Assembly: GCF_009914755.1 (NCBI RefSeq)
Contig: NC_060931.1
Direction: 5' to 3' (one strand)
Origin: the human T2T-CHM13v2.0 reference genome, Homo sapiens
DNA length: 64,000 nt
Below are positions 38,701-52,695 of this stretch, piece after piece. How positions within the stretch are numbered: the first letter of the stretch is position 1; the number at the start of each line of letters is the position of its first letter. Both the position numbers and the translations under genes were made by a program. The notes under the pieces are model-generated. The model saw only the letters and a list, made by a program, of their open reading frames with translations. It made no database searches and was not told the DNA's origin.

Positions 38701-39155
38701 ATGGCCACCAGACTCCTCAGTGGTGTGGCCTTTTGCCTCCTGGGGGCAGGTGAGTGCCTTAAAGCCTTTTCCTTGGCTCACCACATCCCAGCCTAAGCCT
38801 TTACCTCAGGTCTACATTATTGGGGTCCCTCCTTGGGCACTCAACTTCCTTCTATCATAGATTTCACAGAAGCTGGGACAACCAGATCCCAAGATACCAG
38901 AGAACAAAGGCAGGACGTGAAGTGACATGGAGATGCCTGAGACTGCCATCCATGACTACAGGTGCAGATGTTAATAGGAGCCAAGGCTGGTGCACAGCTG
39001 ATCCGTCCCAGCACACACTATACAGAATCCCTGAGGGTCTGTGACTTTTTCTCAAAGCCAAATATGTGGCCTTGGTGTCAGACAGCCTCTCCCAGACCTC
39101 TGTGCCCCCTTGCACCAGCTTTCACCCCACAGCCACCTTCCTCTGCACATAATGC
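38701..39155 (+). pseudogene. TRBV relic (TRBV8-like), copy 2
   Basis: Leader MATRLLSGVAFCLLGA at 38701-38749, GT donor, acceptor at 38860, same frameshift; ends in CACAGCC-12nt-ACATAATGC. Confidence 0.85.
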
Positions 39156-40198
39156 TCAGTGGAAAATATAGATGGCCTTGTCTTCACGAGACCGTGATCC
39201 AGGCAGTGGAAAACATTGTCCCATAGGAGTCTCCCAACACTGCCCAGGCTGGGGCCCTCAGATTTCTGAGCAGCCCTGTGCATGGGAAACTCTGCCCTGT
39301 GCTGAGCTTCTCTTCCAGGCCAGTCTCAGCTGGACGATGGAACGCACATAACCATGCTTTGCGTGGATGCAGCCTCTCTTCCAGGCCCCTCCTGCAGCTC
39401 TGACCTCAGAAGTCCTCTTCCTCAGCTGCTCTCAGAAAGGAAAGTTCATTTGAAATTGTATATTTGCAGACAGCATTGACAATACAGGTCTATGTTCTTT
39501 TCCCTGTCAGCCTTCACAAGTCCATCTTCCCCACACCACACTCACGTCAGTCCTCAGCCTCTTCCACGTGATGTCTGCTCCCAGCTGTCTTCTCCCTTCC
39601 TCTGCACCCTCACCTTCATGTCAATCACAGATGCCTCAATTCAGGCCCTTCCTCATGGGTCATGCTCCTCCCACCAAAGCCCTTTCCACTCCATGCTGTA
39701 TCCTCTGGCTCATCAGAAGTCTCTTCTCTTTTGTTCTTTCTCCAAATCTCAGTTTAACTACCACCATCTCTAGGGAGACACTCCTTCAACAGTTTTCCTA
39801 GGCTGCTCCTCCCTATTGTAAATGCTCACAGTTTATAATATGCATTAATATTCATAGACTTAGCACCATAGTCATTTCCCTGACTTTGTGTGACTGTTTG
39901 ACACTTCTCTTGCATTCTCCACTGTAAAAGGCATCATTCTAGAAGTTGTGGATGTTTTGTTCCCCATTTTATTGTCAGTACCAACAGCGGTTCCAGGTGC
40001 CACTGACCAATCTTGAAAGAATAAAGAACAGATATTGAAAGGCCCTCTGAGTTCCCACATAGACTGTTCCAGAAGTCTGGACACATTAAATGGGAACTTC
40101 TATCCCTTCATATCCTAGGATCAAATGAGTCCTGGAAACAGAGGAGAAATCCCTGTCATGGATGAGTAACTGGATCCAAGCCTTTCTGCACTACTGAA

Positions 40199-43100
40199 CT
40201 TCCTATCTGCCCATCGCCTTCCTGCCTAGTCTCCTCCTTCAATCTCCTTCCCTCACAGGTGTCCTGGATTTGGGAGTCTCACAGACACAGCGCACCTAAT
40301 CACTCTGAGAGAGTGATCAGAAACATAATGTCAAACACTGGCATTAAAAGGTCATGGAGAAGAAAACAAATGCCTTCCCCATTCTCTTAGGCAGAGTGTT
40401 CCCAAGGCACAAATATCTCTTTGGGTGGCTTTGAGGCCATGCTACCTGACACACTGAGCTATATTATGGGTGTTCATTTCCATGAATTGGTGGGCAATGC
40501 TAGAGACACAGACCTGATGGTCACCAGCTTCCTCCAGCCCACACCTGATTTTGGTGCAGGGCACTGAACAGAGACCTTTGCTTATTCCCCTCCTTTGCCA
40601 GTTAGGAAAGGCTGATTGTGAGGCAGAGGCTCCACTTACAGAGCAGGGCTATGTGTTAGTCCCTGAAGAATTGTGAGAGCCATTCTGGGTGGAAATAATC
40701 AAATATACAATCACCAAGGATGGCCCACGGACAGACTGAAGCCCCAATTTTGCTGGAATGATTTGCATCTATGCTTTAAATACGAATGAAGTTTTATCTC
40801 TTTAGGCAATAAAGACCAAAAATAGACTAGCTATTTTAAATAACTGAACCTTAAACAAACCAAAGTCAGAACATCTTCCCTAGGGACAGCATTTTCTTCT
40901 ACCCACTCACTAAAGCTGTATTTGAGAAAGCTGTGTGCTGTTGATAAACACTGGAATATCATTACAATTGACATCGTAATAATACTGCTACTTGGATCAG
41001 AAACAAAGAGCATTTCTAAAGCTTGAACAATGTAAAACTGGAAACGAGCTCTCACTGAGTTTGGAAATGCAGGCACTAGAGGGTGCTCATTTCTCTTCCT
41101 TTTCCAATCGGAGGCTATTCAAAGGCTGTTCTAGAACAAGGGGTGAGATCCTCCACTTCTCCGTGGTGATCAGGCTTTCAGAGGTAGAAGCCTTATTGGT
41201 TCATAATCAGCTGAACTGACCTCACCATCAAATGTATCGACCTTGATGCTCACCCTCCTCAGCAGTCAGAGACTGTGTTCACCAGGAGCTTATACGCTTT
41301 TACATAGTACACTTTATCCTCGGTTTATTCCAAAAAATGGGCATCTATAAGGGGTTCCATAAACAGAAGCTTTCTGTACTTTGCCCATTTAGACACTATA
41401 AAGTCAGACACCAGCTGAAAGGTGTAACTTAAAAGCTTGTATGTGGTGAAGATTTTTTAACAAATAATATATAATGAAAATGTCAATAACGCTCTCAAAT
41501 CCAATCCCACCTTCCACTGGTCACCAATATTAACACTCTGGTGTGCTTCTTTTCACCTCTCTTTTCTGTGTTCATGCACACCTTTCTACCCAAGTACACC
41601 TACAGAAAATGGGTTCACCTGTACACTTTACCTGTCACATGCATACTCTTTTCTGTTAATATACCCTGGTCTTATTGTTCCAGATTGGTCAATATAGATC
41701 TAACTTGCTCCTATTAGCTGCTTCATATTGCATAATGAGGGTAGACAGGTACAATTGTGCTCTATTGTCTAATTCCTGAATTCTGCCAGATCTTTTCTAA
41801 AGAGACTGAATGGCCTCTTTAGGCTTCCAGGTTGTCCTCACCCCAGCCCCCAGTTGATGATTCCAGCATTTCCATCACTCATAGTCCTGGCAGGTTTGAG
41901 AGCTCCATTGGTTTCTCCTGCATGAGGAGACAGGGAGGGATAAAAGGATAGACCTTTATCAATCCTACCAGACACTACACAGTATCTCAGTTCGTCCTCC
42001 TAAAGCATTGAGGGGAATGTTAGTCTTGTTTTATAGATGAGTCTAGATGCAGCTAGAGTCCAGGAAGGTTAATGAATGGCCTTGCCCATGGTCTCAGAGC
42101 TAATAAATGTTGGAGGCAGATGAAGGGCAGTCAGCTTGCTTCCATGTGGAATTGATAGAGGGGTCACTGGAGTTTGACAGAGGGGAAGTCTAGAACCATC
42201 TGGGGTTGTTTTCAGATCAGACACCACGGGTAGTATGGTCTGTGTACCCTACAGCACTGTAGATACAAGCATCATGGTGTTGGCAATGGGGAGGTACTAG
42301 AGAGGTAAGTGGCTACTGGCCTGGAACCAGAAGATCATAGCTTTGAAAAAAATTATTCCCAGCACAAGATGTAGCAGAGACATCAATGTGGATAAACTAG
42401 GCCAGGGAGCTCTGTGAAGAGCTGTTGTTAAAATGAGGGAGGGAGAAGCAACTAAGTGGTCACTTCCTATACATTAAATGTAGAGGAAAACAATGTTAAC
42501 TAGAATCCCATCTGATTTTAGTCAGTTTTTCGTTTAAGTAGTTGGAAGGTGGGATAATTTATTTTCAAGTTTAAGTAAGCATCTATACATCTCCTTTACC
42601 TTGTGAAGACTGGTGGCGAAGGGAAGAATGGCAAGGCCAATGGAGTCACAGTTTAATAAATAACTCAGAGTTCAAATGGAGACTCTCATGGGCCAGAAAT
42701 TGGTAAATGTTCCTGCATTCTAAAATTAGGGGAATCTTATTTTCTTTGAATCAGCAGAGACGGAAGCACAGGCAGTGGGGAGGGACAGTTGGGAATACAG
42801 CAGAGTGGCCACAGAATGTCGAAGAAAAAGGACATGTAATGCCAAATTCTAAGCTGTGAAGCTGTGATGCAACCCTCCTCCTTCTCCTAATGGTTTTTTT
42901 AGGTCTCAGATGCGCACCTGAGGGAGTAATTTCTTTGGAAATGAAGAACAAATAGCTGTGTTAAATCTTAATAACAAGTCCACCTTACAAAGCACAACTG
43001 GAAATGGAAACAAGATTATTTCTAAGGCCTTTTCTACTCTAAGAGTCTTTAACTTGGTGGCAAGGTGAGAGGTGGGGGGTGGGGATGGTGTTGATCCACA

Positions 43101-43389
43101 TGCGATGAGTACCGTGAGGCTCTACCATGAAGAATACATTTCTGAGTGTGAATCAGAGCCCTAAGAATAATGCCCTTTACGTTGTTTGGGACCAAACCCA
43201 CCTCACCCATAATTAAGCAGCCATGGAAATGAGGAGAGCCAGAAGGAATCAAACCCTGCTGCTTGGTTCAGTCGACAGAAGGACCTGGTGGAAGGATGTT
43301 GGCTGGGTCTAAGAGAAGATGATGAGCTCAGAAAACAGACAAAGAGAAATCCCAGGCGAAAGCTTCTGAAACCCTGGAGGAATCACAAG
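40199..43389 (+). repeat. Partial third copy of the duplication unit
   Basis: Matches 1-3227 and ends abruptly after AATCACAAG. Confidence 0.93.
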
Positions 43390-44626
43390 TCAAATTTCTC
43401 CCAGAAGATGGTGGCAGTGACTCACCTTCAGGTACAACTGGCTGGTGCTACAGAGCTAAGATGGACTTAGTGTGTTGGCAGTTTGCAAAATCTGGGCCAT
43501 TTGGTCATTTTCTTCAGTGACTTTTTAAAGTGAAGTTTTACTTCCAACATTGGCCTGATGTGTGGGTCTGTTCTTATGGGGGTTAGGGTTAGAGTTGCTC
43601 CATTACTTGAGTACCCATGAAGTATTATTGGTCATAGAATGAGCAGGATTATCAGGAGTAGAAGGGGTAGGGAGAGGGAGAACTGTTAAGTGAAGCAGTA
43701 GGGTTGAGTGAAGAGTATTTTAGACATATGAGTACATAGAGGGATGAAAGCCCAGCTAGCCCCCAGCCCCCATAGAAGGAAGATCAAGATTTGACAACTA
43801 GGAGAGGCATGATTACACCATGCAGCTTGATCAAGGACTGAGAAAGCTTTCTAGACAAATGACAGGTAATGACCCACACTGTGAATCGGTATTGAACGTG
43901 AGATGTCAATATATATTCATATATCCACTTATATATCTAAAATAAGAAGTCCTTACAAACCCTGAAAACATAAACCCTCACTATTACAGGATGTGCAGGT
44001 GATTTGGATCCTGTGAAGACCCTCAAACAGGATTAAAATCCAGTAGGCAGAGGTCTCTGATTCTTTGTTAGCTACAGAGGAAGATGTGCTATGATGGACA
44101 CCTAGGGGGTCTGGGGGTCTTCCCATCCCCTTCCCAGATCCACACCTAGAGGAATGTCAGGCAGCACAATTCAGAGAACCACCAGAAAAGCTGTGAGAAT
44201 AGGACTCCAATCTGAATCCAGCTTCTCTCAGCTCTGCACCCCTTGCTGTGTAGGAGTCAGTGCAGGAGAAAGCTGACTGGGTGAGAAGAGAAGGGATCCT
44301 GAACCATGCCAGAGGAGACCTGTGAACTGGGAAATGAGCAGCAACAGCACCACCACAGACACACACTCGCCAGGCACAGGGAGAGGACAGATCCTGGCCT
44401 CTTGTAGCACCAGAGCTCTGAACGCCCTCTACCTGCTCAGTCTCCCATGGGATCTAGGCTCTTCTCCTGGGCGCTGGACATGCCTTGGTTTCTCAAAACC
44501 AGGTGTGTCCTGGATGCACCTGGGGGAATCTCAGCTCTGAATATGCCAAGCCTTGCCAGAGGAACCATGTATTTTGAAAACCCACGGGGTCTGTGTTAAA
44601 AACAACAATTTCCCTCTCAGAGCATG

Positions 44627-45100
44627 ATGGGATTCCATGTTCCTGCTTAGTTGTGCTTTGTCTCCTGGGAGCAGATGGCTCTGGAAACCTCTGAGGGAAA
44701 TCCCTGTCCCTGCAACTGCTGTGCCTCAGTTCCAAACATTCCCCATGCAGTCTCCTACGTCCTAGCTCCAGGTTCTATCTCCATTCATGAAACTGTGCTC
44801 ACACAGACCTCTTGAAAGCAGGTAATGGGTATGGAGCAGCAATAGGTGTGAATACATCCTACTTTATGGCATCATCTATGGGAAGCAATGTCAGCTGGAA
44901 ATGCACCAGCATGAATTTTATACTATTGTGATGTAGCACTTCTGAGATTGAAGGTACAATGGCATATTCCAAGCTGGTCAACCAAACATCTCACTCCATC
45001 AGCTGGACACACATCCCCTAGTGGGGTGGGATTCTGTGGGTCTCCTTTTGCCAGCAGCAAAGACCTTGCTGAACCATCTCCTCTGCTTTGCTTCAAACTT
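44627..45100 (+). pseudogene. Decayed TRBV relic upstream of TRBV7-9
   Basis: ATGGGA...TGCTTTGTCTCCTGGGAGCAG leader end identical to TRBV13, donor mutated to AT; 3' end GGGATTCTGTG..TTTTGCCAGCAGCAAAGA (GDS..ASSK). Confidence 0.7.
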
Positions 45101-46066
45101 TTCCTCCACTTTGCAGGATCTTCTCAAATCTGGGTCTAACTTGCCTGCAGTGAGAGGAATTGTGACTATTGTCCCTCATATGAAAGAGGGTGCCCATGAA
45201 GTTTTAAGAGTTAAGTTAGGAATGAAAATGAGAAATTAATTGCTCATAATGCAGACTGTTAGGAACCCCAAGGATTAATTCAACTCCCTATTTTTTAATT
45301 GTACTACTCCCATCACAATGTCAAGGGTAAAACAGTTCTGACTTTTTCTAAAGGCTATGGAACATTTATTGATTTCAGAGGTGACTTAGAAACACAGGAG
45401 GTGTCGTGATAAGTAGTAGAGACAAAAAAGAAAAAGTATTGAGATTAATGAATTCATATGGGGAATTGTTTAACTGTTCTTTTTTTAACCTTTAGAATGA
45501 GTTGAAGATCCCAACTTAGCTTGGTGCCTGCTGGAGGCAACGTTTCTTCCCTTGCCCCTCTGAGCTGTGAATTGAAACTCTTTCGGGAAAAAGACGCGGC
45601 AATTCTCTCCACTTCCCAAACACCTCCCACTCCTACCCAGACCGTGGATGGGCAGGAAATGCAGGAACAGAGCCAGAAACAGGAGATCTCCAAGGAAGGT
45701 TGACAGTCAGCACTGGGATCGTCTGTGTAAAGTGCTGCTGAAGCAGCCAGGTGGCATGTCCAGCCGACAATGCGAAAGGAAAAAGTGAGAAGACTTCCCG
45801 AAGGCGGAGGGTGGAATGCGGGCAGCAGCCCCCTGGAGGGCTGAGTGGGGAAAACAAAATGGACCTCACAGAAGCTGTGTGTGTGGAAACCCACTTCTGA
45901 CTTATCACTTGTCATGAATTCTATGCTTCATGGTGTTACACCGTTTATTGTTTCTGATGAGTGACAGTAATTATTTTCTTTCTTGCTGGTACATAATAAA
46001 GTGGTGCACATCAGAGTTGCTGCCATCTTAGACTTAACTCATCAGTATCAGGTGATCCTGAGGCTC

Positions 46067-46076
46067 AGTGATGTCA
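46067..46076 (+). promoter_or_regulatory. TRBV promoter decamer (TRBV7-9)
   Basis: AGTGATGTCA upstream of the ATG at 46178. Confidence 0.85.
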
Positions 46077-46177
46077 CTGTGGGAACTGCTCTGTGGCGAC
46101 AAGGACGTCCCTCATCCTCTGCTCCTGCTCACAGTGACCCTGATCTGGTAAAGCTCCCATCCTGCCCTGACCCTGCC

Positions 46178-46650
46178 ATGGGCACCAGCCTCCTCTGCTG
46201 GATGGCCCTGTGTCTCCTGGGGGCAGGTGAGTCCTCAGAACACCAAGCAATCTCATTGTGTCTGTGTATGTCTGTGTGTGTGTGCGTGTGTGTGTGTGTG
46301 TGTGTGATGACTACAATTGTTTTCCTCCTGTTCCCAACTTGTATCTCCACAGATCACGCAGATACTGGAGTCTCCCAGAACCCCAGACACAAGATCACAA
46401 AGAGGGGACAGAATGTAACTTTCAGGTGTGATCCAATTTCTGAACACAACCGCCTTTATTGGTACCGACAGACCCTGGGGCAGGGCCCAGAGTTTCTGAC
46501 TTACTTCCAGAATGAAGCTCAACTAGAAAAATCAAGGCTGCTCAGTGATCGGTTCTCTGCAGAGAGGCCTAAGGGATCTTTCTCCACCTTGGAGATCCAG
46601 CGCACAGAGCAGGGGGACTCGGCCATGTATCTCTGTGCCAGCAGCTTAGC
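46178..46650 (+). CDS. TRBV7-9: TCR beta V gene segment (leader 46178-46226, intron 46227-46352, V exon 46353-46650)
   Basis: Leader [16 protein letters not shown]; V exon [37 protein letters not shown]...FQNEAQ...AMYLCASSL. Confidence 0.97.
46273..46306. repeat. (TG)n microsatellite in the TRBV7-9 intron
   Basis: GT dinucleotide run. Confidence 0.9.
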
Positions 46651-46689
46651 CACAGCATGGCACAGTCGCCTCCTTCCTGCTCACAAACC
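46651..46689 (+). other. 23-RSS of TRBV7-9
   Basis: CACAGCA + 23 nt + TCACAAACC. Confidence 0.95.
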
Positions 46690-49600
46690 CTCAGGCACTT
46701 ACTTCTCCTTCCAGCTCTCAGAAGCCCTGAACAAAGGAGCTGCCCTGCTCTTTCCTCAGCAAGGAGAATGAATGCATTTGGAACTGCAGGTGTTCTTCTG
46801 ATACTAGGAGGTCAGAAAATAACCTCTGAAATACAGGAACAGGGAATACTGGGTAGTAATAATTTTGACTTATGGATTTCTGGGATTCCTTATATATAGT
46901 TCAAATTTCCATAATTAGGATATAACAGAGCTTAGTCTCATGGATAGTGACTAAGTAAATATTCTTTTATAGAACTATGAAGTTTCAGCACATTTATATT
47001 AAACTACTGTTACCACATGTCACCAACTCAGACCTATAATCTACCAAGGAGTGGGGAAGCCAAACGCAAACACTGCTAAGGCCATTTACAGCTACCACCC
47101 TTGGAAGAAAATTGGAATCTTTAGTAAGAATTTCCATCAAAATCAATTTTTTAGAAATAACTATTACCCACAATAATGCACATTAACTCATGTTCATACA
47201 TTGCTTTTTTTCCTTCTGAAAATCTTGTAGTCATTCTATGTTTAATTTCCTTCTTCTCCAGTCTAACTTAAAAAAATAGAAATACAAATTGAGATTGTTT
47301 CATAAGATAAACCCCACCTGGGAAGGTGTTAAAAGGACACAATTCAAAGAAAACCTGAATAAAATTATATCAACCACGTAGGATTCTTTGAGGTTTCCAA
47401 AGAAGATGTACCAGTTTACATTCCCACGAGAGGTATATGAGTTTTGGATGGAATTTTTTTTTTCTCTCTCTCTCTCTGTAGATTAGTTTTTCCCTCTACT
47501 AATAGTTTCTCTTGACAAACAGAAGTTCTTAAGTGACAATCATTCCATGTTTCTCCCATTTCAGTTAGTGTTTTGTATTTTGGTGTCCACTTTAGGAAAT
47601 CCTTGCTTACTTCAAAATGATCATGTTTTCTTACATTTCCTTCTAAAATCTTTATATTTTCCACTTTTCATACTTAGACTCACAATCGAACTGGAATTAA
47701 TTCTTTGTAGGTGATATGAGGAAGAGGTCAAGTTCTATTTTTCCAAATGATTATTCAATTTACCCAATACTATTTAAGTGGTAATAGTTTCACCATCACT
47801 CGATAATATCACTTTTGTCATAAATCCGTCATTATACATGTGTGGCCTTTTTTCTCGGATCTCTATTCTGTTACATTGGTCTGTTCTGTCAGTTCTCGCA
47901 CTGATAATATGCTGTCTTACTACAGCTTCATCCTTATTCTTAATATCTGGTAGAATAATTTCTCAAGCTTCGCTCCTTTTTATCAAGTGTTCTTGAGCAC
48001 TCTTGACACTTTTTTTCCATATACATTTTAGAATCAGCTTGCTAAATTATTCAGGAAAAAGATAACAACTGCTGGGATTTTTTTTGTTTTTGTTTGTTTC
48101 CAACTGATTTAAGTGCATCACAGAACAAAGCTAAAAATATTAATAGAAATATAAAAATATCTACCACCCAAAAATATAAAATACAAAATATCTGGCATCA
48201 ATCAAAAATTACAGACCTGCAAAGAAGCATGAAAATAGGATCTATAAGGAAAAGAAGGATTAATTAATAGGAACCAACTCAGAAATGACAAATTGGCAGA
48301 CAAAGACAGTCAAACAGTTACTATAACTCTGGTCTGTAAGTTCAAAGTTTTGTTGAGATGGGGAAAGGCATAATGAGATCCAAACAAAGCTTCTAGAGAT
48401 AAAAATTACAATGTCTGTGATGAAAAATACGCTGGATGAAGTTACCATCAGATTAGACATTACAGGATAAAATATTAATAAACTTGAAGAAATAACACAA
48501 ACAATTCTTAATGAAATACAGAGAATAAGTGGGGGTCATCAGTAAACTGGGGGACAACTTTAAGTAGCTTAATATGTAATTAGAGTCCCAAAAGCAAATT
48601 TTTAAACTTGAATGAATTTCTTTAAAGGATAATTGGCTATTTACACTGAAATAATTCCAAAACAGTGCAGGGATTCTAATATATGCAAACATAAATCTAT
48701 AACAAGACTAGCATAAAGACAGGTGAGGAATAAATGAACACATATATCATTGGAAGGTTTCCATAATCTGAGTGAAGTCACTTGAAGGCAGACTGCGTTA
48801 AAGTAGAGATGCAACTGAAAATCATAGAGCAACCACTAAGATGACAAAACACAGCATTATAGTTAATAAGCCAACACAATACAGAGTTATAAAAATGCTC
48901 AAATAATCCATAAAAACAACATAAAAAGAAAAAAGGAATATAGAAGAGATGGGATTGATAGAAAACAAATAGAAGATGATAGACCCAAAAGTAACCACAT
49001 CAACAATCACATCAAATCTAAATAGTCTAAAAGCACAGATTGTACTATTGAATATTATCGAATCATATCAAAAAAACAACTATATGCTGCTTATCAGAAT
49101 ACTATGAAGACTCAGAATGTAAAAAAATATAAAAGTATGGAAAAAGATGTACTATGCCAACACCAATTAAAGGAAAGCCAGACTAGTAACGTTAATATCA
49201 AACAAAATAAATTTCAAGCAGAGAATATCATCTGAGATAATGAAAGTCATATCCTAATGACAAAAGTATTGGTCTATCAAGAGGTTGTAACAATCAAATA
49301 TTTACGTACCTGAAAATGGATCTTCAAAATCCCAAGGCAAAAACAGAACTGCAAGGAGAAACAGACAAATCCACAATTATAATCAGAGATTTCAATAGCC
49401 CTCTTTTAGTAACTGGTTTAACAAGTTGACAAAAACAAAAGACAACTAAGGATACAGAAGATATGAACTACACCAACAACCAACTTGACTTAATTGACGT
49501 TTACAGAACACTTCATCCAACAGCAGCAGAATACATGTTCTCTTGGAGTGCGCACTGATTGTGTGCCAGCATGGACTACGTACACTGGGCCATAAAACAA

Positions 49601-49776
49601 GCATCCATGCATTAAAAGTATTCAAGTCAAACCAAGTGCACTCGCTGGTCACAGTGAAACTTCATTAAAAATCAGTAAGAGAAAGATTTCTGGAAAAGTC
49701 CCGAATATTTCAAAATTAGATAATAGTTGTCTAAATAACTCATAAAGCAAAAAATAAATCAAAAGATAAAAGATAA

Positions 49777-50163
<387 letters not shown>

Positions 50164-51006
50164 CAAATCTTTCTTTTTTGGGGGGAGAGTAAATTGTAAA
50201 ACCGTTTTTGATGAGTAATTTAGCAGCATACATCAAAAGAGTTAATACTGCTAACACTCCTTGACCCAGAGTGTTTTTTATTTAATGAATTTATTTCAAG
50301 GAAATTGCTATATATGCATAAAATGTTTGAGAATGTTCAACAGAAAAGAAATTATTTTAAACTGAACAAATATAAAAATATATCAAAGTTGGTATGATGC
50401 TGCCAAAGCAGGACTGAGGGGAAACTGAAGAACAGGGGATAATTTTCTATTCATTCTGAGGCCAGAACTACTCTGATACCAAAACGAGACTAAGAGATTC
50501 CAAGAAAGCTGCTGACTAATATCTCTCAGGAACACAGATTCAATGATCCTTTTACCATTACAGCCTAGAGAATCTGACAATATGTAAGAGGGATAGTACA
50601 ACATGGTCAAGTAGGGTTTATCTCAGTAATGCATTGTTGGTCTGACATTCAAAAAACAGACTATGTCATTTACCTTATCTGTATGAAAAATATGAAAAGT
50701 ATATGATCATATCTATAGATAACTTAAGCATTTGATAAAATTCCATATCCTTTCTTGAAGAAAACTGTTATCAAACTCAAGAGTAACAAGAAATTTTCTT
50801 CACCTAAAAAAGGACATTTATGACATCCTATGGTTAAATAGAATATTTTTGCAAGCAAACTGATAAGTCAAAGATGCATATGTAATTCCCAGATCAAATA
50901 CTAAAAACAGCAAAAAGAGGATAAAATAGCCTTTTCAGCAAATGGTTCTAGAAAAATGGGATAATATGGAAAAATAATGAATCTCTAGCCTTATCTCACT
51001 CCATAA

Positions 51007-51333
51007 CCAGATGTGGGCAAACTATGGCCTCCGGGCCAAATTTGGCCTTTGTCTGTTTTCATACAGCCCAGAAACTAACAAAAATTTTACACTTTTAAAT
51101 GATTGAAAAAAAGTAAAAAGTATTTTGTTACATATAAAAATCTAAGATATTCAAATTTCAGTAAACATAAATGAAGTTCTATTGGATCATGGCCACAGTC
51201 ATTCGTGTATATATTGTCAATGGTTGCTTTTGCACTACAATGACAGAATTGAGTAGTCGAGACAAATACTGCATGATGCACAAAACTAAAAAATTTATTA
51301 TTTCACCCTTTACAGGAAAACTGCTGACCCTTC
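51007..51333 (+). mobile_element. MER58-like hAT-Charlie DNA transposon
   Basis: CAGATGTGGGCAAACTATGGCC..GGGCCAAAT start and ..TGCTGACCC end. Confidence 0.75.
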
Positions 51334-52590
51334 CCATAAACAAAATTTAGTAAGAGACACAAAAAAATCCCAGATAATCGAAAAACTAGAAACTGAAAGC
51401 TTCTGGAAGAAAACATAGCAAGCTCTCTTCATGATCATGGGGTAGGCAAAGATTTCTTAAGGACAAAAGAATGTTCTAACCATAAAAAAAGCAAATTGTT
51501 CTTTATGCAAATCCCAAAAAGTTCTTCAAAATACATTACGAAAAAATAAATGTATATCTGAGAAAGGGCTGGATTCATATTATAAAGAATTCCTACACAT
51601 CAATCATAAAGAAGGCAATTCACTAAAAACAAAAAGTTGACTAGAGAATTAAAAAAAAAAGATATATAAGTAGGCAGTTTCTTTTCATGAGACTAATGTG
51701 TTTATTTCTCCAGCTTAGATGATTGTTTCACTGATAGCATGTCACTGTCAGCTGCCTCCAGGAATTATCTTTGGTTAAAGGGAATGCTTTGCCCAGGTCT
51801 CACCCCATTCCTATGGCAGCTGGCATTTAATGACTGGCTGATATCTCCCTTCCTACACCATTATTTGATGAAATTTAAAATTTAAATTAAAATGAAAAAT
51901 TTTTCTTTCTTGTTTAAAAAGACATTTGCTTTATGTCTCCCTCACCAACCTGTGCAAAATTTGAGTTTGAGGCAGGTAAACCTGAAATCAGCAAGAGCTG
52001 TGCTGTGTCCTGAGAGATCCTGAGGGTCTAATTTAGGAAGCACCCAGTCTCCCTAGTCAGGGTCCTTAGAGCTTCCTCATAGTGACTACACACTGGCCAC
52101 TTGGGGGCACTGTGGATCCACTGAGTGGGTCACTGATAGCGCTGTCTGAGAGAGAGAGGGTTAAGGGAGACAGTCTTGATTTCGTCTCTGTATCAGGGAT
52201 ATTACCAGATGAACCAGAGGTACTGCTGGCACAGGAAGAGTTAATCATAGTCTTATCAGATCAACTGATATGCAACATGTATTTGTCATGACAGGAAGCC
52301 ATGAACTGAAGCCTTGTGTGGCCTCTCTAGCAACCTAGGTTTGATGGGGAGTGTGATGAGGGTTTCAGCAGGGCAGCCTGGATAACCCAAGCCAGGTGGA
52401 GATAAAGGAGCATCTGCCTCAGATGAAAATCTCAGAAGCTGTGCGGATGGCTGTCTGCCCGGAAGCCTGCCCCCTCTCGCTCAGCACAGCTAGCTTCCCC
52501 TGCTCTGCAGGAAGCTGGACAGGATGGGGGAAAGCCTGAGTTAGCTGAGCTAGTCCTGGAGTACAGGGTGCCTATGGGAGCCTACAGGAC

Positions 52591-52614
52591 GATGACATCA
52601 GAACAGTGACATCA
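52591..52614 (+). promoter_or_regulatory. Tandem pair of TRBV promoter decamers (TRBV13)
   Basis: GATGACATCA at 52591-52600 and AGTGACATCA at 52605-52614. Confidence 0.8.
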
Positions 52615-52695
52615 CAGTAAAAACCTCCAAAAACGGTGAGGAGGAGCAAAAGCCCTGCTTTCTCACCCCAGGAGACCAGCAACCTGAGCAGGGAG

